A DNA stretch of 64,000 nucleotides from an uncultured Chitinophagaceae bacterium (lineage in GTDB: Bacteria; Bacteroidota; Bacteroidia; Chitinophagales; Chitinophagaceae): positions 2,660-66,659 of the forward strand of contig CAIKTE010000180.1 in the NCBI GenBank assembly GCA_903830285.1. The letters are read 5' to 3'. Shown piece after piece: positions 1 to 9,590 of the stretch. Positions within the stretch are counted from its first letter, which is position 1. Each line of letters starts with the position of its first letter. The notes below the pieces were generated by a model. That model had not been told where the DNA came from. It did not search any database and saw nothing but the letters and a program-made list of their open reading frames with translations. The translations under genes were made by a program, and so were the position numbers.

Positions 1-1640
1 AAAATGATCAATGTTCCGCGATCATAATTCTTATTATTGTAAGTAAATGGTTTATCCGCATAACGGACCTTTACATTGTTCTTTAATAAATAAGCCAATA
101 CCTGAACACTGTTCATCGAGGTGTAGGGGATCAAATAACCATAAGCAGAATTAGTGATCACTATCTCTTTGGAAGCAGATGCCGTTGTTTCTTTCTTTTC
201 TTTCAATGCATAGCCTTCCACGCCATAAGCATAAGGAATACTCCATGCAGTGATATCATAAGTGGCACTATCGGTCAGTTTGCTTTTCTGTTCAAATAAA
301 ACTTTTGCCAATGCGCTTTTGGGTTGATACATGGAAACTGCGATGGCATTATCATCGAGTTGTACTTCTTCTTCTTTGTTTGAAAAATAGCGATAGCCTT
401 TTATCTTACCGCTTACATTACCGTATTCTATCCCGTTTCTGTCGAGTAGTGTTTTTATCGCCGCAATTTTGTTTGCATCTTTACTGCTAACGATATAAGT
501 TTTATAATCCGCATTTTTTGCATTGCGGTTATCATCAAAGAACTTCTTGTACTCATCGATCAATTTTTGTGCATTCTTTGAAGACACTTCAATGGTGGAA
601 AGACTTGTTGTAAAATGGTGCATGGCACGATCCACCAAGGTCAAAGTATCACCGCTTTTTTGTTTCACGCCCAATCCTGCACTGATACCACCCTGTTCAA
701 AGGTCATACCGATCGCTCCGTTGTAAGTGGGATAAGTATCTCCGTAAGATGGATAAAACAGATCGAACCTTTCTTTGGTAAAATATAACCAACCCTTGGC
801 ATCAAAATATTTGGCATGATTTCTACCGATCATATCCTGAAAGTCGCGTTGCCATTTAGTGATCACTTCATGATAGGGTTCTGCAGCGGGTGCAAAATAA
901 TAGGGTTGATTGTATCCCTGTTCATGAAAATCAACATGTACCTGTGGCATCCATTCATTGTATACTTTTAAGCGTTGTTGTGTTTCAATTTGAGTTTGCC
1001 ATGCCCAGTCTCTGTTCAGATCAAAATTATAATGATTGGTCCTTCCCTGCGGCCAAGGCTCTGCATGTTCTCTTGCCTGCGGATCTGTATTAAAGTTTTT
1101 TCCCACAGCAACATTATACCAATTCACGTAACGGTCCCTTCCATCAGGATTGATACAGGGATCAATGATCACGATCGTATTCTTTAACCATTCTTTTGTT
1201 TGTGCATTATTGGGATCTACCAGCGCATACAAAGTAAGCATGGCGGCTTCGCTCGATGCGGGTTCATTGCCATGTACATTATAACTTAACCATACTATCG
1301 CAGGCGTTCCCTCTGTGATGGGCGCCATTCTGTCTTTAGTTAATCCCGCAATACGTAAATTGTTTTTCCTGATGCCGTCTAATTTCTTCAGGTTTTCGGG
1401 TGATGCGATATAAGCGATCATCAATTCTCTTCCTTCATTTGTTTCACCATACTTTTCTGTTTTTACCATATCAGGTTTTGCCTGCGCCACAGCTTTGAAG
1501 TATTCCACAATTTTATGATGTCGTGTAAATCTTGTTCCAACTTCATACCCAAGAAACTGTTCCGGACTCTGCAGGGTTTGACCAACAGAATTGATACAGA
1601 TAAGAACTGTTACGATACTTAAAGAAATTATTTTTTTCAT
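1..1640 (-). CDS. M14 family zinc carboxypeptidase (N-terminal ~546 codons; 3' end lies beyond the left window edge)
   Basis: Absent from the ORF track because no stop lies in the window. My reverse-strand translation from ATG at 1640 gives MKKIISLSIVTVLICINSVGQ (signal peptide), then WLSYNVHGNEPASSEA, IIDPCINPDGRDRY, FDLNRDWAWQTQ and VHVDFHEQGY. This is the HxxE...H zinc-ligand context of peptidase M14. The frame stays open to position 1. Confidence 0.85.
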   Translation of the reverse strand, partial: MKKIISLSIVTVLICINSVGQTLQSPEQFLGYEVGTRFTRHHKIVEYFKAVAQAKPDMVKTEKYGETNEGRELMIAYIASPENLKKLDGIRKNNLRIAGLTKDRMAPITEGTPAIVWLSYNVHGNEPASSEAAMLTLYALVDPNNAQTKEWLKNTIVIIDPCINPDGRDRYVNWYNVAVGKNFNTDPQAREHAEPWPQGRTNHYNFDLNRDWAWQTQIETQQRLKVYNEWMPQVHVDFHEQGYNQPYYFAPAAEPYHEVITKWQRDFQDMIGRNHAKYFDAKGWLYFTKERFDLFYPSYGDTYPTYNGAIGMTFEQGGISAGLGVKQKSGDTLTLVDRAMHHFTTSLSTIEVSSKNAQKLIDEYKKFFDDNRNAKNADYKTYIVSSKDANKIAAIKTLLDRNGIEYGNVSGKIKGYRYFSNKEEEVQLDDNAIAVSMYQPKSALAKVLFEQKSKLTDSATYDITAWSIPYAYGVEGYALKEKKETTASASKEIVITNSAYGYLIPYTSMNSVQVLAYLLKNNVKVRYADKPFTYNNKNYDRGTLII

Positions 1641-1673
1641 GATTCAATAATGAACAGTGAATGTAATGAAAGT

Positions 1674-1706
1674 AAAAAAGCAGCCCAAATTATAGTGGCT
1701 GCTCTT
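1674..1706 (-). terminator. Rho-independent terminator downstream of 1734..2138
   Basis: Stem AGCAGCC/GGCTGCT (1679-1685 / 1697-1703), followed on the minus strand by a T6 run. Confidence 0.6.
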
Positions 1707-1733
1707 TCATAATTAATTGATAAAAGTAACATG

Positions 1734-2138
1734 TCATACATGCTCTTTTGTTAAATGAACCTTGGTCATGTCTAAATAATGATTTTGCAACTGATGAATA
1801 TAATGTACATCGGGATGATGCCGTTTATCTTCCCGGTACCACATATCAAAATGCGAGAAATCATTTGCTTTATGCAATAAGATCCTGAAAGATTCTTTCT
1901 TGTATTTTACGGTTGCATCAGGCAATGATTCTTTTGTAAAACCAAGAGCGGCCAGGCTTTCATCATTGATGGGGATGGGCTGTAGATCTTCAGTTTCGTA
2001 CCAGAATTCCTGCACTTCTGTTTCTACGCGTACCTGTTTCTCGTCTCCGTTTAAACCTGTTACTTCCCCTTCTCTGGTTTTACCTTCATACTCGGCAAAC
2101 AGCAGATCACCTACTTTTATGTCGTTGAATTTGATCAT
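1734..2138 (-). CDS. hypothetical cytoplasmic protein (134 aa)
   Basis: Clean ORF with its own terminator. No motif I recognise and no signal peptide. Confidence 0.6.
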   Translation of the reverse strand: MIKFNDIKVGDLLFAEYEGKTREGEVTGLNGDEKQVRVETEVQEFWYETEDLQPIPINDESLAALGFTKESLPDATVKYKKESFRILLHKANDFSHFDMWYREDKRHHPDVHYIHQLQNHYLDMTKVHLTKEHV

Positions 2139-2260
2139 ATGGAAATCGTTTTTTTGTTGGTCATTAAGTTACGACTGTTTTTGGTAATTGCAAATGTTTG
2201 GGACATAATTAAGTAAATGAAAACATCCTGAGCCTGAATTGCCCGGATCATTTCCTGCAT

Positions 2261-2290
2261 AAAAAAAGCCGGTATAAAATACCGGCTTTC
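2261..2290 (-). terminator. Rho-independent terminator downstream of 2301..2762
   Basis: AAAGCCGGTAT/ATACCGGCTTT stem. The minus-strand reading ends in a T7 run. Confidence 0.7.
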
Positions 2291-2300
2291 TCCATTCATT

Positions 2301-2762
2301 TTAATACAATCCTCTGAACCATGGAATACCTTCAAACCTGAATGGCCATGGAATACTTGCCAATATGATGATCAAAGCAATGATGTATAGTGTTGCTAAT
2401 TTTCTGTTTTTCTTTAGCGCCGGAATATCTTTCTTAGCTACAGTTCTAGAGATTGTGATCAGGATAACAGCAATGATCATTCCTGTTATATGCTCTACTG
2501 CCCAAAAACGCATATAGCTGTCTTTCATAACAGCTGCACCAAACTGTGTAAAAAAAGCATATCCTTTATCCCCGGCAAAATATTGAAACAATCCAACCAG
2601 TATATTGATATGTGTAAAGACCAATAAGCGCAGGTTCCATTTTTTATCATAATCCGTATAAGGAGAATCTGCATTTACCAAACTTCTGAAAAGGTTTATG
2701 ATCAACAATAACAAAATGATCCAACGCAATAAACTATGCAATCCTAATATTCCATTGTACAT
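2301..2762 (-). CDS. small integral membrane protein (4 predicted TM helices)
   Basis: Translation shows four hydrophobic stretches (e.g. LLRWIILLLLIINLF and ITGMIIAVILITI). No catalytic motif seen. Confidence 0.6.
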   Translation of the reverse strand: MYNGILGLHSLLRWIILLLLIINLFRSLVNADSPYTDYDKKWNLRLLVFTHINILVGLFQYFAGDKGYAFFTQFGAAVMKDSYMRFWAVEHITGMIIAVILITISRTVAKKDIPALKKNRKLATLYIIALIIILASIPWPFRFEGIPWFRGLY

Positions 2763-2890
2763 AAACTGTAAAATTAGAGGGTGAATAAAATTTCAATAAA
2801 ATACGGGGGGTGTTTTGCAATGGGTATTGGACACGAATATAATCTACCACTAAGATAGAATCTAGAAATGATATCCCAATTATTTTGTAA

Positions 2891-3988
2891 CTATTTTACC
2901 CAATCGGCCACAAATAAATTGGTATCGTGTCCGCCTCCGTTATTTCTATTGGATGAAAACAGTATTTTTTTGCCATCCGGGCTAAACATAGGAAATGCAT
3001 CAAACCCTTTGTCGCGGCTGATCTTTTCCAATCCCTTGCCATTGATATCGGTCAGATACATATTGAAAGGAAAGCCATATTTATATTCATGATTACTGCA
3101 GAAAATGATATTCTTTCCGTCGGGTGTAAAATTAGGTGCCCAGTTGGCCTGTTCTAAGAAAGTGATCTGGTGCTGATCTGTTCCATCGGCATTGGCAATA
3201 AATACTTCCATATGGGTTGGTGCCACCAAATTCTCTTTCAGCAAAGACTTGTAGTCATCGATCTCTTCTTTTGTTTGAGGCCTGCTGGCACGCCAAACAA
3301 TTTTCTTATCATCCGGACTAAACCAAGCGCCACCATCATATCCCAATGTATTGGTGATGCGTTTTACTTTCTCGGTCTTCATATCCATGATATACAGATC
3401 GATATCGCCATCACGAACCGAAGTAAAGATCATCTTCTTGCCATCATGCGATAAAGTACCTTCTGCATCATAGCCCTTTGTTTTGGTCAATTGTTTAATG
3501 ATCTTTCCACTTGTATCGGCTAAGAAAATATCATAACTGTCGTAGATAGGCCAGATATATTTATTGCCGTATTTAGAACGATCGGGCAATGGAGGACAGG
3601 TATCCGCTCCCAGATGTGTGGATCCGAAAATAAAATGTTTCCCATCAGGTAAGAAAAAAGAACAGGTTGTTCTTCCTTTTCCAGAACTCACCATATGGTA
3701 TTTGAAAGGATCTCCAAACTTCACAGGCATTTTCCCGATGAATAACTGATCACAATTCAATCCTTCTTTGGGATTGGTACGTTGAAAGATCACATACTTT
3801 CCATCGTAGCTCCAATAAGCTTCGGCATTGTCGCCGCCAAAAGTTAATTGCTGTATGTTTTTAAAATGCCTTTCATTGGCATACTGAACACTGTCGGTTG
3901 GGGTTGGCTGAACGGAGAACTGAACAGCGAAAGAAGATAAGATACTCAATAAAATAAAAGCGGAAACAATCAGTAAGGGTTTCTTCAT
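2891..3988 (-). CDS. TolB-like / PD40 (WD40-like) beta-propeller repeat protein, secreted
   Basis: Signal peptide MKKPLLIVSAFILLSILSSFA. Repeated motifs of the form S.DGK.I.F.S.R.G..D.Y (FSPDGKKILFSSNR, LSHDGKKMIFTSVRDGDIDLY, FSPDDKKIVW, FTPDGKNIIFCSN). Confidence 0.8.
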   Translation of the reverse strand: MKKPLLIVSAFILLSILSSFAVQFSVQPTPTDSVQYANERHFKNIQQLTFGGDNAEAYWSYDGKYVIFQRTNPKEGLNCDQLFIGKMPVKFGDPFKYHMVSSGKGRTTCSFFLPDGKHFIFGSTHLGADTCPPLPDRSKYGNKYIWPIYDSYDIFLADTSGKIIKQLTKTKGYDAEGTLSHDGKKMIFTSVRDGDIDLYIMDMKTEKVKRITNTLGYDGGAWFSPDDKKIVWRASRPQTKEEIDDYKSLLKENLVAPTHMEVFIANADGTDQHQITFLEQANWAPNFTPDGKNIIFCSNHEYKYGFPFNMYLTDINGKGLEKISRDKGFDAFPMFSPDGKKILFSSNRNNGGGHDTNLFVADWVK

Positions 3989-4066
3989 AAATGTAAAATA
4001 AAAGTCAAAATTATGTTTGTGCTACCTAGCATTTGTCAAAAAACAGTCATTCATCAAAAAGCATTC

Positions 4067-4074
4067 TATTTTTG
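4067..4074 (+). promoter_or_regulatory. candidate Bacteroidota -7 promoter box (TATTTTTG = TAnnTTTG)
   Basis: Exact match to the TAnnTTTG consensus, 5 nt upstream of ATG 4079. Confidence 0.3.
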
Positions 4075-4078
4075 CTGC

Positions 4079-4882
4079 ATGAAACAATTTATTTCTGTTG
4101 CAGTTGTTATGATAATTTTTCTACAAGCTTGCAACAATGATACTACAAATTCGGAAGATAAAAAAAGACTTAAAGGAAATACGGCTTTATTGCATCAATT
4201 AGAACAGCAGATCACTAAAAACCCCGACAGCAGCGGATTACGATTAAAATTAGTGGATGCATTAGACAGTTTAAGTCGTTATAAAGAAGCCAATGTTCAG
4301 ATGGATTCATTGATCAAAAAAGACAGTATGAATTATGGTCTTTGGTTCAGAAAAGCAAAATTGCTGGAAACTGCAAAAGACACACTCAATGCCATCTTAT
4401 CTTATACAAAAGCCATCAAGATCTATCCTTCACCCGACGGGCAATTACAATTAGCCAACTTATTGGCCGAATCTAAAAATGAAAATGCACTAGTGCTTTG
4501 TCAGCGTGTACAGGATCTTCGCCTGGGCAGGGACTATTCGGCACATTGCAACTTTATTGCGGGTGTTTATTTTGCAAGGATCGGCAACAAACAAAAAGCC
4601 GAGCAATTATTCGATGCCTGCATCAACGATAATTTCGCTTACATGGAAGCTTATCTGGAAAAAGGATTTATTTTTTATGATGCTCGAAAATTCGCCGACG
4701 CTTTAAAAATATTTCAGATGGCCGCCAAGGTCAATAATACTTATGCCGATGCCTATTACTGGCAGGCAAAATGTTTTGAGGCCCTGAACAAAAAAGAGGA
4801 AGCCATTAAAAACTATCAAACGGCATTGCTGCTTGACAAAGATCTCAAAGAAGCTAAAGAAGCTTTAAAACGCTTGCAATAG
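4079..4882 (+). CDS. TPR-repeat lipoprotein
   Basis: Track ORF 4013..4882. I prefer the start at ATG 4079 (MKQFISVAVVMIIFLQAC, lipobox). TPR-like A/Y/L periodicity throughout (AYYWQAKCFEALNKKEEAIKNYQTALLLD). Confidence 0.75.
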   Translation: MKQFISVAVVMIIFLQACNNDTTNSEDKKRLKGNTALLHQLEQQITKNPDSSGLRLKLVDALDSLSRYKEANVQMDSLIKKDSMNYGLWFRKAKLLETAKDTLNAILSYTKAIKIYPSPDGQLQLANLLAESKNENALVLCQRVQDLRLGRDYSAHCNFIAGVYFARIGNKQKAEQLFDACINDNFAYMEAYLEKGFIFYDARKFADALKIFQMAAKVNNTYADAYYWQAKCFEALNKKEEAIKNYQTALLLDKDLKEAKEALKRLQ

Positions 4883-4998
4883 TGTTTAGTATGAATATGA
4901 TGTTTTAGATTTGCTAGAGCAAAAACTAATATTTAAAAAAAGAAAAACTAAACCGTTCCGATAAACAGTAAACAATTAAACTAATAAACCTACAAACA

Positions 4999-5646
4999 AT
5001 GCCCATCATCGCTCCTTCATTATTAGCCAGCAACTTTTTAAGATTAGAAGACGAATGCAAGATGCTGAATGAAAGCACTGCCGATTGGTTTCATCTGGAT
5101 GTGATGGATGGAAGGTTTGTTCCCAATATCAGTTTTGGCTTGCCCGTGATAGAACATATCCGCAAAGCAACAACCAAACCACTGGATGTTCATTTAATGA
5201 TCGAAGAGCCCGGAAAATTTGCAGAAGATTTTAAGAATGCAGGTGCCGATATTTTAACCGTACATCTCGAAGCATGCCCTAATCTGCATCGCAATATTCA
5301 GCAAATTAAAGCCCTGGGCATGAAAGCAGGGGTAGCATTGAATCCTCATACTACGGTTCAGTTGCTTGCTGATATTTTACATGAAGTGGACCTTGTTTTA
5401 TTGATGAGTGTGAATCCCGGATTCGGTGCACAAAAATTCATCTCGCATACCGTAGGTAAAGTGCGTGCCCTAAAGCATATGATCAAGGAAAGGGGATTAA
5501 AAACACTGATAGAAATTGATGGCGGCGTTACACTCGAGAACGCTCCCGCCATACTGCATACCGGAGCAGATATTTTAGTAGCAGGCAATACCGTTTTTAA
5601 AGCCGATGATCCTAAAGCGATGATCGCAAGATTAAAAGCCTTGTAA
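4999..5646 (+). CDS. rpe: ribulose-phosphate 3-epimerase
   Basis: IAPSLLASNF...HLDVMDGRFVPNISFG...VHLM...MSVNPGFGAQKF...EIDGGV, the canonical Rpe motifs. Confidence 0.95.
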   Translation: MPIIAPSLLASNFLRLEDECKMLNESTADWFHLDVMDGRFVPNISFGLPVIEHIRKATTKPLDVHLMIEEPGKFAEDFKNAGADILTVHLEACPNLHRNIQQIKALGMKAGVALNPHTTVQLLADILHEVDLVLLMSVNPGFGAQKFISHTVGKVRALKHMIKERGLKTLIEIDGGVTLENAPAILHTGADILVAGNTVFKADDPKAMIARLKAL

Positions 5647-6184
5647 TTTATTGTTGATTGCATAACTGAATGGATCTTTAAATGCTGCCGTTTTCTTCCT
5701 ACCCTCTTTTGAGTTACATTAACAATTTATTTGGTTTCAACGAAGGATGAGCGAACCTCTGCCGAACAGACACGGAACAAACCCTCCCTATTTTACAAGA
5801 CCCTTTTAATGGACAAAACCAGTCTTTCTTCCTGACCTGTGTATTATCTGCTTCGTATCTTTTTGCTGATTTGTTCGAGCGTTCTTCGAGTGCCCTGCAA
5901 CAAAACAGCTAGAAGGTAGCAGGAGATCACGAAGGAATTACGAAGAAAGCAGTAATAAATCAGGGATAATTTTCATAGCGCTCAAAATGATAAATTAAAG
6001 ATCCTAAACCCGCTAATAATTTCCCTTTATCACAAAAAGAAAACCATAAGTCTTTTTACATTTGGAATGCTTTCAATTAGTACTGATGAATCTACTTTTC
6101 GCATCGGTACACAGTCAAATTTCTACTCTTATTGCTATTGATTAAAAAGAAACGGATGTAATATATTTTATTAAATAAACTGCC

Positions 6185-9100
6185 ATGATCAACAAAATAA
6201 CAGCATCCTCGAAATTATACATGTTGGTATTTATCATGTCTTTTTTCATCATCGCGATCGGAGTATACGGGATCATTGAAATGAAAACAATGAATCAAAA
6301 TACCGGGACGCTTTATGCTGATCGTGTGTTTCCCTTACAACAATTAACCACTATACGATTTGCATACGCTGCTAAAATCATCTCTGCAGTAGAACAAGTA
6401 CAAACCTCCAAACTGGGTTTTAAAGAAGCAACAAAAAAAATACTGGAAGCTGAAAAAAACATTCATGAAAATTGGAAAGCATATCTGCTCACTTATCTAA
6501 CACCCGAAGAAGATCGATTGGCCAAACAAACTTCTGTGTTAATGAATCAATCGATCCAATCAATTGAAAAGCTGAAGGCCGTTTTGAACAAAGAAGATAT
6601 CAGTGGATTGAATAAGATCATCAATCAGGAATTATATCCTGCATTCAATCCGGTAATTGAGAAGTTGAGTGAATTGATCGAATTACAGGTAACAGTTGGT
6701 GCTGCAGTATATAAAGACAGTAATAAGGTTTATCATTCCTCTTTAAAAAGACTCATCCTCCTGATCGCACTATCTCTGATCCTAGCCATTCCTCTTTGTT
6801 ACTATTTGATCAGAAATATCAAAGATTTGATCAGAGATCTTAAAGAAAGCAATGAAACAATAAAAAAGAGCGAGGAAAAACTCTGGGCATTTATTAAATA
6901 TGCTGGTGATGCCATTTTCATCATGAACGAATCACTTTTTATCGTTGATATAAACGAGAGTGCCGGTAAGCTGCTGGGATATTCACGCGAAGAACTTTTA
7001 AGAATGAGAATCCCGGATATCATGACTGCCGCTGAACAAAAATCGTTTCCATTAAGATTGGATGTAATAAAAAAAGAAGGGGCATCACTGCAGGAAAGAA
7101 AATTAAAAAAGAAAGATGGAACTTATGTAGATATAGAAGTGAATATAAAATTGCTTGAAAACATTGGATACATATCCATCATGCGCGACGTTACAGAACG
7201 AAAAATAACAGAGCTTGCTTTAAAAGAATCTGAGGAAAAATACCGTTACCTGTTTCAAAATAATCCGGCATTTATCATTATTTGGGATCCCCAAACCCTT
7301 CGCATACTGGAAGTGAATAATACGGTATTGGATACATACGGGTACAATAAAGAAGAATGGGAAGAAATGACGATATTGGATTATCGCAGTAAAGAAGATC
7401 ATGAGAAAATAAAAGCATTTGCAAAAAGCATGATCGAAAGTAATGAAGTGATCACAAGAAGAACATGGCCACATTTGAAGAAGAACGGGGAAGAAATGCT
7501 GATGGAGGTTGAATCGCATAAAATAATGTACAATAAACGCAATGCCATTCTTTCGCTTGCTATTGATGTTACAGAACAAATGAATACCCAAACGGCATTA
7601 AGGAAAAGTGAGGACTGTTTCCGATCCCTGGTTGACAATGCAGCGGATGCCATTTTTATGGTGGACGATTCCGGGATCATCTTTGACGTAAACCTTAGTG
7701 CTTCTCAGTTACTCAATTATACAAAGAAGGAATTGATCGGAATGTCTGTTTTAAATTTATATCCAACTCATATTCGGGAGGGTGTGCCGGAATTATGGGA
7801 TATACTCAGAAAAAATAAATCATTTACAAACGAAACAAAATTGCTCAGGAATAATGGCAGTTCCGTTGAGGTGGAAATAAGCAGGACGATGCTACCTGAT
7901 GCTTCGGGAGCCATTGCCATTATTCGCGATATTACCGAACGTAAAGTAGTAGAAGAAAAGATAAAAAATAGTGAAGCAAGACTAAAAGAAGCACAGGCAA
8001 TAGCATTGCTGGGTAGTTGGGAGATCGATTTGGTGAATAATATTCACATTTGGTCGGATGAGTTTTATAAGATATTCGGCGTAAAGAAGGGAGAAATAGA
8101 ACCTTCTACCGAAGCTTTGCTTTCTTTCATGTACCCTGATGATGTGGTGAAAGCACAGGAAGAGATCAATGAAGCTTTTCAAACTTACAAAGAATCGACT
8201 ACTGACTTTCGCTTTTTAGGAAAGGAAGGAACAAAGAGATACGCGTATATTGAATGGAGATTTGAATTTGATAAAAACAAAAATCCTATCAGGTTGTACG
8301 GGACTTTGCAGGATATAACAGAAAGAAAAATAGCAGAAAGAAATATCAAACAATCTGAAGCCAATTATCGGCAATTGTTTGATCTTAGTCCGGCTTCCAT
8401 GTGGGTGATCGATGAACAAAATTATACATTCCTTCAGGTCAACAAAGCCTGCATCAACAATTATGGTTACAGCAAAGAAGAATTTGCAAATATGTCCATT
8501 AAAGATATCAGCCCTGGTTACAATGAGATCAATAATGAAAACGGTTCCACAAAAAAGAGTATGCTCAATTCCATTTTTATTGGCGAGCAAAAGCATATTA
8601 AAAAATCTGGAGAGATCATGGATGTTGTTACCTCCAGTATGTCGATCGTATTAAACGGAGAAAAGAAAACATTGATGATCGCATTAGATGTAACAGAAAA
8701 GAATCTATACGAACAGAAACTAACAAGAGCTGCTATAAAAGCACAGGAAGATGAACGATATGAGATAGGAGGAGAACTGCATGATAATGTATGCCAGATA
8801 CTGGCTACATCACTGATCTATCTGGGATTTATAAAGAAAAAATTCTCGCAAGAAGCTGCTGATCTGTTTGGAGAAACACAAGGATCCATAACGCTTGCAT
8901 TGAATGAGATCCGCAATCTTTCACATCGTTTGGCCCCAGCATTTTTCGATAACACATCATTAGATGATGCATTCAAACATTTATTGAACAGTTTCAATAT
9001 TGAAAAAAAATACGAGATCAGCTTACATTTTGATACGGTTGCCAAAAGCTATCCGATCAGCCGTGAACTGCAGCTGAATCTATACAGGATATTACAGGAA

Positions 9101-9355
9101 CAATTGAGGAATATTTTAAAACATGCAAAGGCTTCAAGGATTGAAGTAATCGTTACCATTAAAAATAATATACTGCAAATGCGAATAGCAGATAATGGTA
9201 TTGGCATTGATACTAAAACAATTAAAGAAGGAATAGGATTAGCCAATATGAACAGAAGAGCACAATTGTTCTCTGGTAAATTTACTCTGGTAGATCCTGT
9301 TGAAGAAAAAGGATGTGAAGTGCTGGTAGAAATACCTCTTTCCAATAATAACTGA
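6185..9355 (+). CDS. multi-PAS sensor histidine kinase: N-terminal 4-helix-bundle (MCP-like) sensor between two TM helices, about five PAS domains, HisKA_3 + HATPase_c
   Basis: TM1 LYMLVFIMSFFIIAIGVYGII and TM2 LILLIALSLILAIPLCYYLI. Five S-E-x-x-[FY]R-type PAS openings, each ending in D[IV]TERK. H-box GGELHDNVCQILA (NarL-class HisKA_3). ATP lid ADNGIGID...GIGLANM. Confidence 0.9.
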   Translation: MINKITASSKLYMLVFIMSFFIIAIGVYGIIEMKTMNQNTGTLYADRVFPLQQLTTIRFAYAAKIISAVEQVQTSKLGFKEATKKILEAEKNIHENWKAYLLTYLTPEEDRLAKQTSVLMNQSIQSIEKLKAVLNKEDISGLNKIINQELYPAFNPVIEKLSELIELQVTVGAAVYKDSNKVYHSSLKRLILLIALSLILAIPLCYYLIRNIKDLIRDLKESNETIKKSEEKLWAFIKYAGDAIFIMNESLFIVDINESAGKLLGYSREELLRMRIPDIMTAAEQKSFPLRLDVIKKEGASLQERKLKKKDGTYVDIEVNIKLLENIGYISIMRDVTERKITELALKESEEKYRYLFQNNPAFIIIWDPQTLRILEVNNTVLDTYGYNKEEWEEMTILDYRSKEDHEKIKAFAKSMIESNEVITRRTWPHLKKNGEEMLMEVESHKIMYNKRNAILSLAIDVTEQMNTQTALRKSEDCFRSLVDNAADAIFMVDDSGIIFDVNLSASQLLNYTKKELIGMSVLNLYPTHIREGVPELWDILRKNKSFTNETKLLRNNGSSVEVEISRTMLPDASGAIAIIRDITERKVVEEKIKNSEARLKEAQAIALLGSWEIDLVNNIHIWSDEFYKIFGVKKGEIEPSTEALLSFMYPDDVVKAQEEINEAFQTYKESTTDFRFLGKEGTKRYAYIEWRFEFDKNKNPIRLYGTLQDITERKIAERNIKQSEANYRQLFDLSPASMWVIDEQNYTFLQVNKACINNYGYSKEEFANMSIKDISPGYNEINNENGSTKKSMLNSIFIGEQKHIKKSGEIMDVVTSSMSIVLNGEKKTLMIALDVTEKNLYEQKLTRAAIKAQEDERYEIGGELHDNVCQILATSLIYLGFIKKKFSQEAADLFGETQGSITLALNEIRNLSHRLAPAFFDNTSLDDAFKHLLNSFNIEKKYEISLHFDTVAKSYPISRELQLNLYRILQEQLRNILKHAKASRIEVIVTIKNNILQMRIADNGIGIDTKTIKEGIGLANMNRRAQLFSGKFTLVDPVEEKGCEVLVEIPLSNNN

Positions 9356-9590
9356 TCATACTTGCTAATTTTGCTCAACGGTTTTTGTTCTAATATTAAT
9401 GGCCTGTAGCAAAATAATTTCACAATTTCTTTACAGCATCACTCTACTAATTTTTCGAACTTTGATCTTATAGCTTTCCACATCTGTTGATAAGAAGTGT
9501 TAGGTATTATGGGTTGATTAAAATTAAATTTGAATTGGAAGGATTAGTTAGTACGAACCCATATATTCTCATCATTAAACGGGCAATCAT

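Noticed and set aside
305-1187. Four short + strand ORFs (61-70 aa) at the left edge
   Set aside because: They lie antisense to a clearly recognisable M14 carboxypeptidase reading frame (1..1640, minus). They are low-complexity with no motifs.
5820-5860. SRP (4.5S) RNA-like CAGGTCAGGAAGAAAG on the minus strand of the long intergenic region
   Set aside because: It matches only part of the domain IV motif. There is no GNAR-loop helix with the symmetric/asymmetric loops and no flanking closing helix.
7220-9423. Antisense ORFs of 66-126 aa inside the multi-PAS kinase gene (7220..7591, 7399..7680, 7982..8182, 8216..8596, 8818..9045, 9049..9423)
   Set aside because: The sense frame has continuous, motif-rich PAS/HisKA_3/HATPase translation. 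The antisense ORFs are typical shadow frames of AT-rich coding DNA.
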